DNA from: Auanema rhodensis
Taxonomy: Eukaryota > Animalia > Nematoda
Assembly (NCBI GenBank): GCA_964057225.1
Contig: OZ059896.1
Location: 13,578,001-13,642,000 of the forward strand
DNA: 64,000 nucleotides
Reading direction: 5' to 3'
Shown here one piece after another: positions 17,410 through 32,243 of this stretch. Positions within the stretch are counted from its first letter, which is position 1, and the number at the start of each line of letters is the position of its first letter. The position numbers and the translations under genes are program-made. Below the pieces are notes generated by a model that worked only from the letters and a program-made list of their open reading frames with translations, was not told the origin of the DNA and did not search any database.

Positions 17410-18642
17410 TCTTCTTTAAATTATCAAAATATTCCAAATATTCTTCTTATTATCAAATAATATTGATGTTCGATTGTTGAACATATAAATTGTCCAAAAA
17501 AGCCGGAATAAGTGTTGAAGAGCTTTGTAGTGTTGGGACGAGGATTAAGAATCGTAGTCGTATTCTACTTGGTGCGATGATGTTTACGTTGCTGAGTGTA
17601 GACGTACGGAATACCTTGAATTATGAAAAAATTAAAATTTTTTCTTCTTCAAAATATAATTAACATGAAAGAAAGTATCTTTATATATATATACATGAGA
17701 AAAAGTAGGCGGAGGGATAAAACGATACATTACACATGTATATGATGAGAAAGACTCATCATCACCATCATCATCATCATATAATCCAGTTTTGTATTTA
17801 ATTAGTCTATGAACGATTAATCTAATACATTATAAGAAAGATGAAAGACTGATAGCTGTGTGATAGTATGATAAACAGTTTGCCATAACATCGCGTTTGA
17901 CTGGACTTTTTAACTATGTACATATATGTAATACATTGAGGATCTAACTTGATTTTCATATTTTCAGGAATCTTTTTGCTAGATATCAAGGATAGTATAT
18001 TACTTGATAATTATACATATAGATTATGTATATATGTATGTATATACTGGATATATCTAAATACACATATAACTATGTATAACTACATATGTTATGCATA
18101 TATAGATAGTATAATCAAAAAATATACAAAAAAAAACTATAAATTACTTAATTATTAATAGTTACTATATGTTTTATTTAAGTAAATAATAGTTAATACA
18201 TCACATGCTCTAAATTTTAAAATAATAATGGAAGAATGTCATTGTCAAAGAGCCATCTGGTAGCTAGAATCAACTGACAAAACTGAGAAATTTGACGTGT
18301 TTCTGTGTTTTTAACGGGACGTCGCCCATTCACTACGTCATCACCTTCGATCTCGGATTCGATTTTTCTTCACAATACTCGTCCTCTATTTCTCTGGTTC
18401 TCTTCTTTTATTGTATGATTATTAAAAGTTTCAATACTTTGGTATCTATCTTTAATTTATGATCTTCTGAACGGAAAGAAACGCAAAGAAAACAAGAACA
18501 AAACGTTTTTTTCCTTTTTTAATGAAATTTTGCAACATATTGCAGCCAATTATTTATTATCATACTGCTCTGCACTTTTTGTAACCAGAGGCCAATTAAA
18601 AAAATATAAATACAATTATTAAATAATATTGCAAAACGTAAC

Positions 18643-18715
18643 AGCCCGATGCGGGGCTCGAACCCGCGACAGCCAGATTAAGAGTCTGGTGCTCTACCGA
18701 CTGAGCTAACCGGGC
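18643..18715 (-). tRNA. tRNA-Lys (anticodon CTT)
   Basis: GCCCGGTTAGCTCAGTCGGTAGAGCACCAGACT-CTT-AATCTGGCTGTCGCGGGTTCGAGCCCCGCATCGGGCT: a 73-nt cloverleaf with intact A and B boxes. Confidence 0.97.
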
Positions 18716-20117
18716 GCCGGGTGTACATCTAACCTTTTGAACCGTAAACACGACCAACATTCAAATTATGCATGACGTGAAAAGGCACGTGAACGTACTC
18801 TCAGTGCAAAAAGTTATTTCAATTTTTTTGTAGATAAGAAGCAGTTGAATTTCTTTTTTCATCCATCATATCATTCCTTCAAAAGTTCATATGCACCTAT
18901 TAAAAGAAAACATTTGGATTTTCTTTGAATATGTTATGAAGCTCTAGAGCATATTGTTATTTAGCTTTTAAAGAAGAGCTCTAGCACATCTGAGCAAATG
19001 AGCTCATTAGCTTCTTGACCTCTCCTTTAATTTGTTTGCAAACGGTTTGACCTCAACACATTTTTCCATCCTTATCTCTCTGTCTAAAACGAAGAAGAAT
19101 GGTTATGCTACTAACAAATCAATTATCATTCCCAATAATTAAATTATTTTTCTTTTCTTTTTGCAAAAAAAAAAGAAAAAAAAAAGTTTTTCTTCTTTAT
19201 CCTCTTTTTCTAGAATATGTTGTTTGTTTACAACTTTGTGATCTTAATGATTATTCATCTCTTTTCTATCAATTGTCACATTCATTCTTCTTTATTATCC
19301 TTTTAACACTACCGACAATATAATGAGACATCCAAATGTGACAATTTTTCTTTTTCTCTTCTTGTTATAGTCTATTTGTTACCAATGAACTAAGTATCAA
19401 CTCAACTATTTTACTATTTCGTCTACAACCTCGGCCATTTATCTCTTTAATCTCTCTCTCTCTCTCTTAGACAGTCGCTTTCTCTCCCCCTTCATCACCC
19501 TTCTCTATTCTCGCTACCACCCCATGAATCTCCTTATCCTCTTCTTCTCCTTCTTCTTAAATGTTAATCGAAAGACATCTGGCTATTCTTCATATAAATA
19601 CTCCTTCTCACATCCTTCATCTCGCTATAAGACCGTATCTGTGATCTCTATAACTTACACTCTTTTCTACTCAAACACCCGCTAATTACAGTTCCAGATG
19701 TACTTTCTCTGTCCTCAAAAACAGTTGTGCTTGCTCTCATTTCACACATTCCTGATGTTATGAGTAAGGGAAGAATCTCCAAAAATTTCCACAAACACTC
19801 GAAATTTTCTTTTCTTAATTCTTCCTCTTCTGAATATATTGAATTTCGGTTGAAATCTAGATTCCATTTAAGGAAAGTTCGCACGTACCTTTGTAAAGAA
19901 CATTGTCTGTCATCATATAATCCGGCCCGGCTGACCCGTATTTCATCCCTAACCGATTTCTTCCTCTCTTCTCTTCGTCTCATCTTATTTTCCCTCGGGT
20001 TATTACTGTATATGATGATGATTACAATCCATATACGGTCATTTCTTCATTTTCCATGTTCGATCTAATGTTTTCCAGCCATACGGAATTGCCTTGTTTT
20101 CTGAATATTCCATTCCT

Positions 20118-20148
<31 letters not shown>

Positions 20149-20571
20149 TTCATTGTCTCTGCTTCCCTCAACTCTCTCCCATCTCATCTCTTCTCGTTGC
20201 TGGTGGTCAGCCGGTCAACTACTCCGTCCGTCCATAGGTCTGCATGTCGTCCGTTCCAGAAGCCATTTATTCTCGTTCATCCCTCTAACCATCTGTCCTT
20301 CTACCACTTCACTTTCAATTCGTCTGTCAAAGCTATTTCATGTTTCCGTTATTATAGTTTCGATTTTCCGGGAAGTTTCCGGCTTTCCCATAGTGACCAC
20401 CTGACGTCTTCCTGTAAAATTTGCCACAAACTCCACATTTGACTTTGCCCAACCCTCCTGCTATGTATTCAGCAGATGCATGCCTTCCTTCCAAATTTTT
20501 AAGATTATTTTCCTTCTTTTATATATATTTTCAAGTAAATTTCAATCTATACATACTTAGTTTCAGGAATT

Positions 20572-23370
20572 ATGCCAATGGTCATTATAAAAATTATATT
20601 TATAATATGGCTTAGCATAATTAATCAAATATCAGCTAAAAGTTATTCATATTCAGTTGAAAAGTCAAAAATATTTGAAGGAAAATTACTAAATTCATCA
20701 ATTGTTGACTCATTATCTAGTTGTACCAGTGATTGTACTAGAGTCAGTTCAATAATTTTATTTTAAAATATCTTATTTTCTCCATTTTTAGACAAATGAT
20801 TGTGATGGTTTTAACTTTGTTATTGATTCACAAAAACAGACACATTGTCTCTTAATAGATTCTAAACAACAACCATCTGCTGAAATCAAACAACTATTAG
20901 CTAAGAATATTTTGTTCTCTGGATCAAAAATTTTGATTGAACATCAAGGTAATTTCAGTTTATTTTATTTTTTAAAAACACTCATTCATCACAGATTTCA
21001 CATGTTCTCATCGAAGTTTTGCATTTGAGAAGTGGCCCAATCGTCGTCCATCAAATCCAGATGATATCATAGATAAGCTTCATTGTTCGATAGAAAAATG
21101 CTGGAACAACTGTTTAAAAAGGTTCATTATACAACTTTTTCTTTAATTTTTTTTTTTTTTTGAAAATAAAAAAATAACAAAATCTTTACTTTTGCAGGAA
21201 AGGATGTTTATCTATAGCTTATGGCGCATCATCAAACTTATGCCTTCTATCATCTATTTCCGTTAATTTTGTTTATAATATAAGGAAAAGTTATTATTAC
21301 GATGATGATTTTGATGTTTATGAGAATAACTGCATATCAGGTATGATGATTTACACATTCACTTCAATCAATTTTTCTATTTCCAGTTCCAATATCCGAT
21401 AGTTCTTGCACATGGTTACGAGTCAAGTCTGGAGGTATACCAGACATGTATGATTCCAAGCTTAAAGCTCACAATACGGAGCATTGTGAACAGCATTGTA
21501 TTCAACGATCACAAAATGCTGATATTTGTCGGTTTGTCTTATATTAGTCATTTCTCTTTACTATAAATTTATATTTTTATAGTTCATATACATATGATAA
21601 TTGGTCTAAATTATGCTTTTTATCGTCTATAAGTTCCCGATTAATGGGAAGAAGCCCATTAGAATTTCATAATAAGAATTATACACATGGAGATTTAGAT
21701 GATTGTATGGATCGTAAGTATCTTTATTGGTTTTTCTCTTGTTCAAACGATTTCAAACAACAAAAAAAACTTACAAACGGTTGTTATATTTTGTGCCTTT
21801 CGACCCACTCTATGACCCAGATCTGATTGACAACTCCTTCAACAATATACAATAATTGCCTCAAAGAATATTCGAAAACTACTTTGATTTGTGAAATATA
21901 ATCGGCAAGAGAACCAATTATTTAGTTGTAAAGATGATGATAAAAAAAAGAAAAATTATATAATTTCATTCTTTGAAACAAATTTCTATTCCAATTTTAA
22001 ATTTTAGTGAAATTAAACTGTCGAATAGAGAATTTAGAAGTTGAAGGATGGACATTACGACAATTCTCGTGAGAAATTATTATTTTTTTTTGATTTAATT
22101 TTAAAATTTTAATTTTAGTGGACATTTGAAGACAAAACGATCACGCGATGTATTATGTCAATCAATCATTTCAAAACAATTTCATTTCAAATCTAAATTT
22201 GAATATGATAAATGTGGATTAAATAAAGTTGTAAGTTCAAGTTTTTATAATTTTAAACTAAAAAATTAAAGTTTTAATTGTTAAACTGATAGTATGTTGT
22301 TTATTTGAATACAACCGATCTTTTAATTCAATTAATATAAAATAAATAATGATTGACTGTCTGTTTCGTCATGTTCATCTAAAGTTCGTTCTAAGTTTAT
22401 GTAAATCAATTTGATTCTAAATATATTCAAATAATTTAATTTTAAATTCTCAAAATAATATTTATTATTCAGAATGAGCCATATGCTGCATATCATGGTA
22501 TAGTACACTTGAAAGAAGGAAGTACATCACTTGTAACTATCAGAGACAAAGTTTTACAGGTTTTTACGTTCCTCAAATATTTGTTAAAACAAAGTTTAAA
22601 GGTTCAATGTCGTATTCATCCTCAAGTTGAACGGTCTCAACAGGTTTTATCTGTATCTATGAATGTAACTGATCCAGGAAATACACGAGTCTTGTAAGTT
22701 ACATCTATCATTGTATGAATTATAATTTATTATAAAATTACAGATCAGATAATGTGATTATACTACCTAAAGTTGTTGAACGTTCAGATCCAAAATTTAG
22801 TCTTTCTGGTATTAAACATCTGTTTTCTCTTTAAAATTTTCATTAATTTTCTTTAGTTTTATCTGAAAATGGCAAAACAGCCGATAAAATTCGAATCGGA
22901 GATAAGGCATGGCTAAGAATTCGAATGAACTCGAAAACATCTCATCATGGACATTTCTTAGTAACCAGAGTAATAGCCAAAGATACTAAGAATAACAAAT
23001 CCTTAGAATTAATCGATAATGATGGGTCAGTTTCTTAGATATAATTATTTTTTATTAAAAAAAAGATTTGATTTCTAAATATATATCAAACTATAACATG
23101 AAAGATAGAAAATAATTATTTAATATAAATTTTGTTTATTCTTTAGATGTGTATCCGTCAACAAAACTATTATTGATTATATTCACATCAATTCAACAAC
23201 TTCAGAAGTCAGTTATCGACTGAATGTTGGAGCTTTCAATCAAGAGGTATAATTCAAGAAATGTAATTAAGCTTTAGTAGAATTGGAAGTTAAAATGCAA
23301 TAAATGTTTGAAGACATAACAAATCTGACAACTATTACTTTCTTAAACCCACTTTTCTCTCTATCTATTT

Positions 23371-23417
<47 letters not shown>

Positions 23418-24239
23418 AGTTCTTTTTTTTCTGCTCAAAAAAGAGATACAGCTTTACGAAAAACCCTATTCAAACTACTAATTGCAGTCGGAGTTGGTCT
23501 ACCAAGCCTATGTGATGCCATGTGAAAGCAAATGTCAACCGGAGTGCAACATCGACTTGTTGAACGAAGATAAGAAGACATTAATGTATAAAAATATTTT
23601 TTAAAAGTTTATATGAAAAAAAAATTCAGAAAAACTCCTTCTATTGCAATTGTTCATCGACAACGTAAGTCTATAACTCCACGTCAAATTGAATTATCTC
23701 AAGATATCTATAAGGTAAAACATATATTTTATTAACTATACATATAGTTAAGCTATTTCCTTTAGGTTTATGGTAGTAAACTTCTTGTTTTACCTAACGA
23801 AGATCAATCATCACATGTGCATGATCAAAGCAATGTAGTAGAAAAGGCAAGATATTATTATTATTATTTCGAACTCACAAGACTTTTATTCATCAAGAGA
23901 AATGAAATAATATATTTTTTTCTTTTCAGATTTCGTATAATTCCTTAGAATTTTCAATTCAGCGTTGTTTTGTTGATGATGTAACATGTTTATTCACAAC
24001 ATTATTAGGATTAATACAATTATTTTTATTTGTTGCATGTTTTATCAGCATGTATTGCTATTTTCTTGTAAGTTTTGCACAGAGATTTCAAATATTTTCA
24101 CAATACAACTAAATCTTTCTTTTTTTTCAGTATTTTATAATTTATTTCATTTCAATTTCAGCAATGGAGACGTTTTCGAGCAGCTCAAACAGCTATGAAT
24201 CCTAGAAATCAAATTCAAATACAACATACACTCAAATAA
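20572..24239 (+). CDS. PAN/apple-domain + ZP-domain cuticlin-like apical ECM protein (cutl / noah / let-653 class)
   Basis: Signal peptide; repeated PAN-type CxxxC motifs (SSCTSDC, EKCWNNC, EHCEQHC); ZP-type segments (YDKCGL, VTIRDKVLQVQCR, LIDNDGC, CDAMPCESKCQPEC); basic furin-like site HRQRKS; TM segment and short tail ending ...IQHTLK*. Confidence 0.85.
23374..23416 (+). repeat. (CT)n microsatellite in an intron of the ZP gene
   Basis: Directly visible. Confidence 0.9.
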
Positions 24240-24561
24240 TTCTTTTCTTCATCATACTATCATTAATTTTGTACATAAGCTTCAAATTTCCAATCAAATA
24301 CAGCTTTGTTGGCTGTTATTTGACATTTCAACTACGAGGTATATCAATGCATGTCATCATTCACCAATTCTCTTTCATTCATGACAAATATTTCTCATGT
24401 TTTTTTTTGATTATTTAAACAAAATATTTTAATTATGAAATAAAATTTTTTATTAATATATAATAAAATATATTATTATTATTATTAAAATATTATTAGA
24501 AAAAAAAAGCTTTAAAACACAGTGAGTGCATAAAAAAAATGAGCAAGAATGATATGGCAAA

Positions 24562-26681
24562 TTAAAAAGAACGTTCCTGGGTTGTAACAGGTTGTTTAAT
24601 CTAAAAATATATAATTAACATAAATTATAAGAATTTTAAGTAATAACAATACTAAAAATTAAAAGAAAAACATACACGGATGATAGTGTTCTTGGCATTT
24701 TTCGTAATTTCTGGTCGTCCTCGTCGTCTTTTTAAACTCTTCAAAAGAATTTCCTTGAAGCATGGATTTAACCATGCATAAAGTATAGGATTAACAACAT
24801 TTGTTAACATTGCTACACTGCAAAAGAAAAAATAAAATATTTTTTTGTTTAAAAAATTAAAAAAAAAGCTTACAAATGAGCTGTCATGGAAACAATATAA
24901 GTATGATCCATATTTCCAAAATGAAAATATGCTTCATCATACTCTATCATCAGAGTGATGACGTTGTGAGGAAGCCAACAAATTCCAAATAAAAGAACCT
25001 GAATATTTGAAATTAAAAATCAAAAAAAGGACGGATGACGATTTTTTTTGTTTTTAATGAGTTCATGAATAATAAGAAAATTTGGAACGATGTACACACC
25101 ATGGAAACTAGAATCATAGTTGTTCGACGTTGCTGTGCTAATACCGTCATCTTTTGATTTTTTTCAAAAGCACAAACAGAATTTCGATGTTCACCTCCTT
25201 CTTCCTGAAAAAATATAAAAATTAATTTTAATAAGAGAATGAAAGAAAAGTGATGATAAGTCTTACGGGAATATTTGAATTACTTGTGCTGGATGCTGTA
25301 CTATATGGACCAACAGGTGCAACATTAGTTGTTGTTGTTGTAGCGTTTTCTAATAACTGAGTTCGTTCCGAAATCTTTTTTAATTTTGACTCAGCTCTAT
25401 AATAGATTGAAATAAGTCTTCTTGTTCTTCTATTTATAGATTATCAAACCTTTTCCGTAATCGACTGAATAATGTATAATAACAAACTGCCATTGTAGCA
25501 AATGGAAATAAAAATTGCATAATAAGTACAAGCACAGCATATGATTTACGAACTTCAGGTAATGGCCATTTCTCCGTACAATACTAAAACAATTTAGAGG
25601 ATTCATTTGTTTTAACTAAATGTGGGAAAAGTACTCACTTCTCCACATAATCCACGGATTTCAACAACTTCCATATACCATCCATATGGCATACATACCA
25701 CAACACTAGCTATCCAAAGACATAGAGAAACGATTGAAGCTCCTCGTGTATTAACTGGATGTTTATGCGGCCTCACAACAAGGTTATACCTAGAAAAACA
25801 AAAAAAAAAGTAAGAAAATGAAAATAATTTGTATCAATTTACCTATCATAAGCAATAGCTGAATGAGAAAATGTGGACACAAATATGGATGCGCCCTGAA
25901 AAAGTACTCACAATTAAATAAAAGTTAAAAGAAATAAAAAACAATAATTTTAATTATAAACTGAAATAATTATATAAAAGTAGCATCATCAAACTATTAA
26001 AAATGATTCTTTGACCCACAACCTTTATATTAAACCGGAAGTTGGTATAGGCAATATCTATATTTTCCTCCTCCTCCTCATCCTCCTCATCCTGCTCTCT
26101 CTCTCTCTCTCTCTCTCTTATCTTCCAATTTATTTTTATTTTTATTAACACATTTAAGGCAATTAGTAAATATTCATGCTTATATATATATATATATATA
26201 TATATAACTTCCGTATAATAATAATAATAATAAGAAAGATAAAAAAAGAAAAATATATATTGAAAACATACCTGAACTAATGGCAAAAGTTTACAAACTG
26301 GTGATGCAAAAAACCAAGTTTTATAAACATTTGTAATTGGTGTAATTGGTAATGACGTTAAGCATACAAGTATATCACTAATAGCCAAATTTGTAATAAA
26401 AATATTCTGAACAGTTTGTAACTGACGATGACGGAATGTTAATAATCTGAAATGATAAATATATTCATGTATGTGTTATTATATATTTAATTATATGATA
26501 TAATCAAAAATTAATATATGATATAGTTAATGATTTAAACTCACAAAATAGCAAAGTTTCCTATTAATCCCAAAACAAAAATATGAATGTATAATGTAGC
26601 AAATATGGCCATAACTAAAGGTTCATTTGTGAGGTCTGGATGTTGATCCACATAATCACTACACTCTGTTTCATTTCTCAT
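24562..26681 (-). CDS. npr-1: Neuropeptide Y-like rhodopsin-class GPCR, NPR-1/NPR-2 clade
   Basis: GLIGN, QNIFITNLAISD, SLPITPITNVYK (as recalled for C. elegans NPR-1), AIAYDRY, CTEKWP, QRRTTMIL, CWLPHNVI, NPILYAWLNP. The ATG directly follows a TTTTCAG acceptor, possibly a trans-splice site. Confidence 0.88.
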
Positions 26682-29600
26682 CTGAAAAAAGACCAAAAAA
26701 TAATATTTATGCTAAAAAATCAGTAACACAAGCTTTTTCTTTATAAATATTATGAAATATGGGGTTGTTCAAGTGGTATTTAATCCTAGTAATTTGTTGT
26801 AGAAACTCATAGAAATCTATGTTAGTTGGGTAATAAAAGACAATTTTTATTTTTAATAGGATATATCTGATGAATTAGGACAAGGTGCATTAAGCTAAAA
26901 GTATAAAAGTGATTGAATGCATTTCATGATGGGTTTATCGAGAATGAGAATTGATTCCAAACAAATAGAAAGAACGAGGGAGACAGGAGGATGTGAAGAT
27001 GAAGACGACGAAAGAGGGAGGTGGAAAGGATGACTGGAAGGAGGAGGATTCTGCTGCTATATGTGTATATGTGCGGGAAATTTTGTTGGCTTGACTCCAA
27101 TTATATTCTCTTATATATATTCATAGAAAGAGCAATTATAAGTTAGACCAGGAATGAAAAGATGAAAGATGTTAAGAACGATTCGAAAAAGATATTGAGA
27201 TAGATAGATATCTGGAAAAGGAGATTGTAAGATTTGGTAAGATTTCAAGAAAGAATATTGAAGGACCAACTAAAAGGAAGATGAGCTGAGAAACGAAGCG
27301 AATGAGGAAGGGTGGGATAGATGGTCCAAAGGGGGTTGAGTATATATATATTTTTATATACTATATATATTGAAAGAGAGAGGAAGAGAAAGAGATAAAA
27401 TATACAGGGATGAAGAAAAACTAGAAAAGGAAAAGATGGAAAATGAAGAAACACAACTGTTCTGAACAAATGCTCGAAAGGAAATTGAGAAGATGAGTTC
27501 ATGAGAAATGCCAGGTAGAATGAAAGAAGCAGACATGCCAATGACATACAACCTGCAGCAAGAAATGAATGACCATCTGATTGAGTGAATGTGAAATAAA
27601 TTGTTTGAATCAATCATTCCACTTTTGAAACATTTATTTTTGTACTTTTTTTTAAAAATGGAAGACAATATGCAAAGACGGAAGAGAAGACAGAAAGTTG
27701 CAAAAATTAATATTTTGCTTTTTAAAATTTGTAAACTAAAGACAAACTGAAGCAGGAAGATGATTAATATTTAAGTTTTGCCGAGAAGAAGTCATTGTTC
27801 TATCTTAGAAGAGGGATAAGAGGGTCAATGAAAAAAACGAAGAGAGAATGAGAGAAAGAGAGAGAGAGAGCAAAAGAAAAAGGAAATGTGAGGTAGGTGG
27901 GAGGAGACATAACCTTAGGATTATAGGATGTCAGCATCATTGAACTGTTATTAGTGTTGAGTTGGCAAAATGATAGATTGAAAAGAATTTTTTGGAAAAA
28001 AGTAAAAAGAACTCTGAGAAGGGCAAAGCATTTAGCGGATGGTGTTGAATGCAATCAGTAAAATGATTCTATTACCAAAAAATAAATTTCAATGCTTTTC
28101 AAGAGATTTATTGAATAATTCAGTTTAATAAATGCATAAATATAAGAATGTCATGTGCTAAGGAAGTACTGAGAATTATGAAAAAAAAGTTGAAAAGGGC
28201 TCAATCTGACGCAGAAGGTTAGGTTAAGGTCGAAGCTGTTATTTTGCGTTTCTACTAAGCATCTTCTATCTTCACTTCATACACACATATACCTTACTCT
28301 TCACTTTTTACTTCTTTTTATGGTCTTTTATTCAAAATTTTCTTTTACTTTTCAACCTTGTTCTTGTCCTTTCATGTTCTTCCTTTTTCCATTTTCTTTT
28401 ACTAACTTGCATGACTATATAGAACTCAATTTCATAGACTCTTCAAACTTCTTTATCTATAGTAAGAAATTTGATTATTCAATAGCTTAGTTACAATACA
28501 TACATATATATATATTTATATCTATGTATATATATATATATATATAAATAGCATAGATAACATATAAATTAATAAAATATTTCTTTTTAATAAATTAAAA
28601 ATATACTTTACAACATATATAGTACGTCTATATTACTTTTTTTCGATAAAAAGTTTATCTGTAATCGGAAAAGATGAGAGTTTACAAGAAAAAGAGAAGG
28701 AGAGAGGGAGAGCGAGAGCGAGAGAAAGAGAGAGAGAGAGAGAGAAAAGAAGAAGGGGGAATTTAAAAAAAGAGGTAGTGAGGTGGTAACGAAGAGAAGA
28801 GTAAAGGAAAAGTTTGTTTTCACCTCAATTTTTCCAATTTTCATTCTTTTTTTATTTTGTTCATAGAAAGAAGAACAAGGTTTTATAGTAAACTAGCCAA
28901 TTTGACAGACAAAAAAAGCAAAAAAGGAAGAAAATTGCCTAAATAAGGATTAATATTCCATTTTCAAGTCTTGTAATTTCTCAGTAATGGTATGAGCTTG
29001 TGTTTGGCACTAGTGGTTAAGCTGAGATGGAAATATATTTTTTTGAATAAATGAAGAATAATATCTTATCTGACCATGAATATCATTATGAAAAAGCTTA
29101 ATAAGTTAGATAAGCTAAAATATTTTGAAGTTTAGAAAGAAAATGGAAAAATTAAAGTTTTTTAAGTTTTTCTCTTCACGAAACGTTTTTTTTCTGTGAT
29201 AGATTGACAGCTTTTTTTGTTTTTTTTTATAAGGAGAAGCAGGATAACATGAGTCAAAACATGGATTTAGGTGGGAGAAGATACATCAAGTTAAAAAATT
29301 ATTTTTGTCTCTTAAAAATTTTTTTTTGCACATTTTCGACTAAAAATAATTTTGAAGTAATGTTTTATGTTTTATTTGAAATTTATTCAAAAATTGGTAG
29401 ATGAGAATCTAATTGTTGGAGACTTAATACTCGAGACAAAAAAAGGAAAAAGTAAATTTACTCTTTATTAATAAAATAAAAGAGAGCTTCTCACAATAAT
29501 CTTTGTGTTGAATAGAAAAGAAGAAGAATAAGTCCTTTTAATAAACTTCAAAGTAAAATTATCATGTACTTGCTTAGAATGAGCATTTTAAAAGAAAAAA

Positions 29601-32183
29601 ATTACAAATTTGAACGTTTTAGAGAAAAGGAGTAGGAGAATGAGGAATAGAAAGATAGAATGAAATTTTAAATCCAAGAAGCTCTCTGTGAATACTAATT
29701 AGAAGAAAATGTTAAAATAGATTGGAATATAGTTGATATAAGCTAATGAATTTGATAATTTGTGAGAAAATTGATAAAAAAAAGTTCCTGCGATTCAATT
29801 AAAAGACTGAAATTCAAAAAATTAATAATTTTGTTAGTTATCTGAGAAAGGTGTGTGAAGGGTGGGGGAGGAGAAATGAGTATAATAAAGGGAAAGGGAG
29901 AGTCTATGTATGATAGAGAAAGACAAAGGGAAGGGAGTTAGAAGAACTAAATGAATGGAAGTCTGAAGAAATGAGGTAAAGGAGTAAAGAAGGAATGGGA
30001 TGCTTGGATGAGCTGTTGAAGAGATATACATAAAGGTGCGAAACAGGGTGAATGAGCCAGTCAGAAGAAAAAGCAGGAAGCGACTTACTGCGAAAGCGAG
30101 GGTAAAAGGAAACAGAGAAGAGAAAACGAAAGGTGAAGAGCATAATCAAAGCAATTTTTCTTGAAAATTTGTCGCCTAAATAACAATATTATGTTAAAGA
30201 ACCAGCTGTTAAAACAGCTGAATGTAATGAGAAAGTTTCATTATCATAAAAATATTTGAAAATGTATTGAAATGATAATTTGGAAAAAAATAAAAAAGAT
30301 ATATTTGTATATTTAATATTTGTTAACAAAATTAATAAAAAAATAGATAAAAATTAAAGAAAAGATGATTCAAATCACAATTGTGTTGTTTGGTTTTTGA
30401 TTCAAAAAAATTTAGGAAATGCTGAGATAGAATAGGGAGCGGAAGAGAGAGGAAGATCTGCAAAGGGAAATAGAGAGATCTGCAGAGGATTTTTAGGAAG
30501 AGTGGACCTACAATCATGATGAAGCACAATATGCTTCGTTTACTGCTCATATTTTGATTCTTAGAATTGAAGTCAATTGAATCTGAGGACATAACGGAAG
30601 AAAATGTGAAACATCAATTTCTTCCTTAAACTGAACTGTTACTACATTATGATAGAAGAAAAACAAAAAGAGGAACAAATATTTGAATAATAAATAAAAA
30701 AAAAGATTTATAGTATATAATCAATGATTACTTTCTTTTTTTGCTAAAAATCATAAGATAACTGAAAATTATCAGAAAAATCTGAATATTTATCAGTTTC
30801 AATCTGTAAATTTTCTATTAAAATGCTTGTAAAAACATTTGAAAACAGAAGAAATTGGGGAAATACAATAGTTTATAGAAGGAAGAGTTTCAATCTGAAG
30901 TTTGATTTTGTAAAAGAGAAACGTTTATGATCATTCAGTTTATCAAAGTCATTTGATGAAAAAACGGAATTAAGATAGAAGAGAGAAAAAGAATTTTTTA
31001 TTGAAAAGTGAGAAAAGAAAAACAAAAAAAAACTTTTTTTTCTTTATTTTTTCTGCGCATTCTTCACTGTTTGTTATTATTTCATGAGAAAGTTCATAAA
31101 ACTTTATAAAATATCTAATTTTATTCATCATTCATTAAAATTAATTATGAAACATCCGGTTTATTTAAATTTTTTTGTTTGATTTTAAATTAAATTACGT
31201 GTTTGATCATCGAATCACAATTTATTCTTTTATGAATATGTATATCTATGTCTATGTCTATGTCTATATATATAAATATGTATTTCAATTTCAGATTTCG
31301 AACTTGAATGAAACTTTAATTTGAACTTGATTGATGAGAGTCAATAAATTACTCTTTCTCTCTTTTTCCATAATTCATTTCTTTCTTTCTATCTTTTTCC
31401 CTTTTTTTTTCATTTCAAATAATTTAAATAAGAGCGTAAATATTCGATGAATTCTATGAATATTTTTTTTTCACAGGTTTTTTTTTCGGAATAATCAGTT
31501 CAAACTGCAGAAATAAGATAGGAAATTCAGTTAAATTTCAAGATCTTAAGCAAGAAAAGATCGGTTGAAGATTTTATTATGCAGTATATGGAATGGACAA
31601 TTAAAATAAAAAAAGATTACTGAACTCGACTTCAAAAGCCTTTGCACGAAGTTATTGACATGTAAAAAAGAAACTCCGAATATCTGACTGCAATGGAGAA
31701 TTAATCAAATTTTTTGAGAAATTTTCACAAAAAAACGAAAGGCTTTAATCAATTTTAATATGATTTTAAAATGTTAGAAAGATCTGAGGGAAGAAAAAAC
31801 ACAAAATGACACACAAAACTATAGATGAAATCCGACAAAGGTCGCTGAATCCATAACATCTATTTTCATTTCTAATTTTTTATTTTTTTTTCAGTTAGAG
31901 GAGAATATTTCACACGCTTATATAACAACGAAGTCTTAGTATTTTTCTTTTCTCTTCACAAAAAACAAGGCAAATTTTGAAATGAAAATGGGTATAGCAT
32001 GAACTTCGAACAGCTCTCTGGACAAAATGAAAGATCTACAGTTTAGAAGAATTTTGCTAATATTTTTTTTTGTTTCAAAAGGGAAATTGGTCAATTTTTC
32101 TTTTCAAATTGAATTATTCAAAAAAGTAATGATTTTAAATATAATTAAATAAGTTTTTTATATTTGTAAAGCTAAAGTTGTTA

Positions 32184-32185
<2 letters not shown>

Positions 32186-32243
<58 letters not shown>
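32186..32243 (+). repeat. (AG)n microsatellite
   Basis: Directly visible. Similar tracts at ~8451, 20117, 26095, 28700, 33495, 34772. Confidence 0.9.

Noticed and set aside
19600-20450. GC-richer block as a solo LTR or ncRNA
   Set aside because: No terminal repeats or recognisable structure; more simply the promoter/outron of the PAN-ZP gene.
28216-28230. Telomere-like GGTTAGGTTAAGGT
   Set aside because: Two imperfect units, not (TTAGGC)n; consistent with chance.
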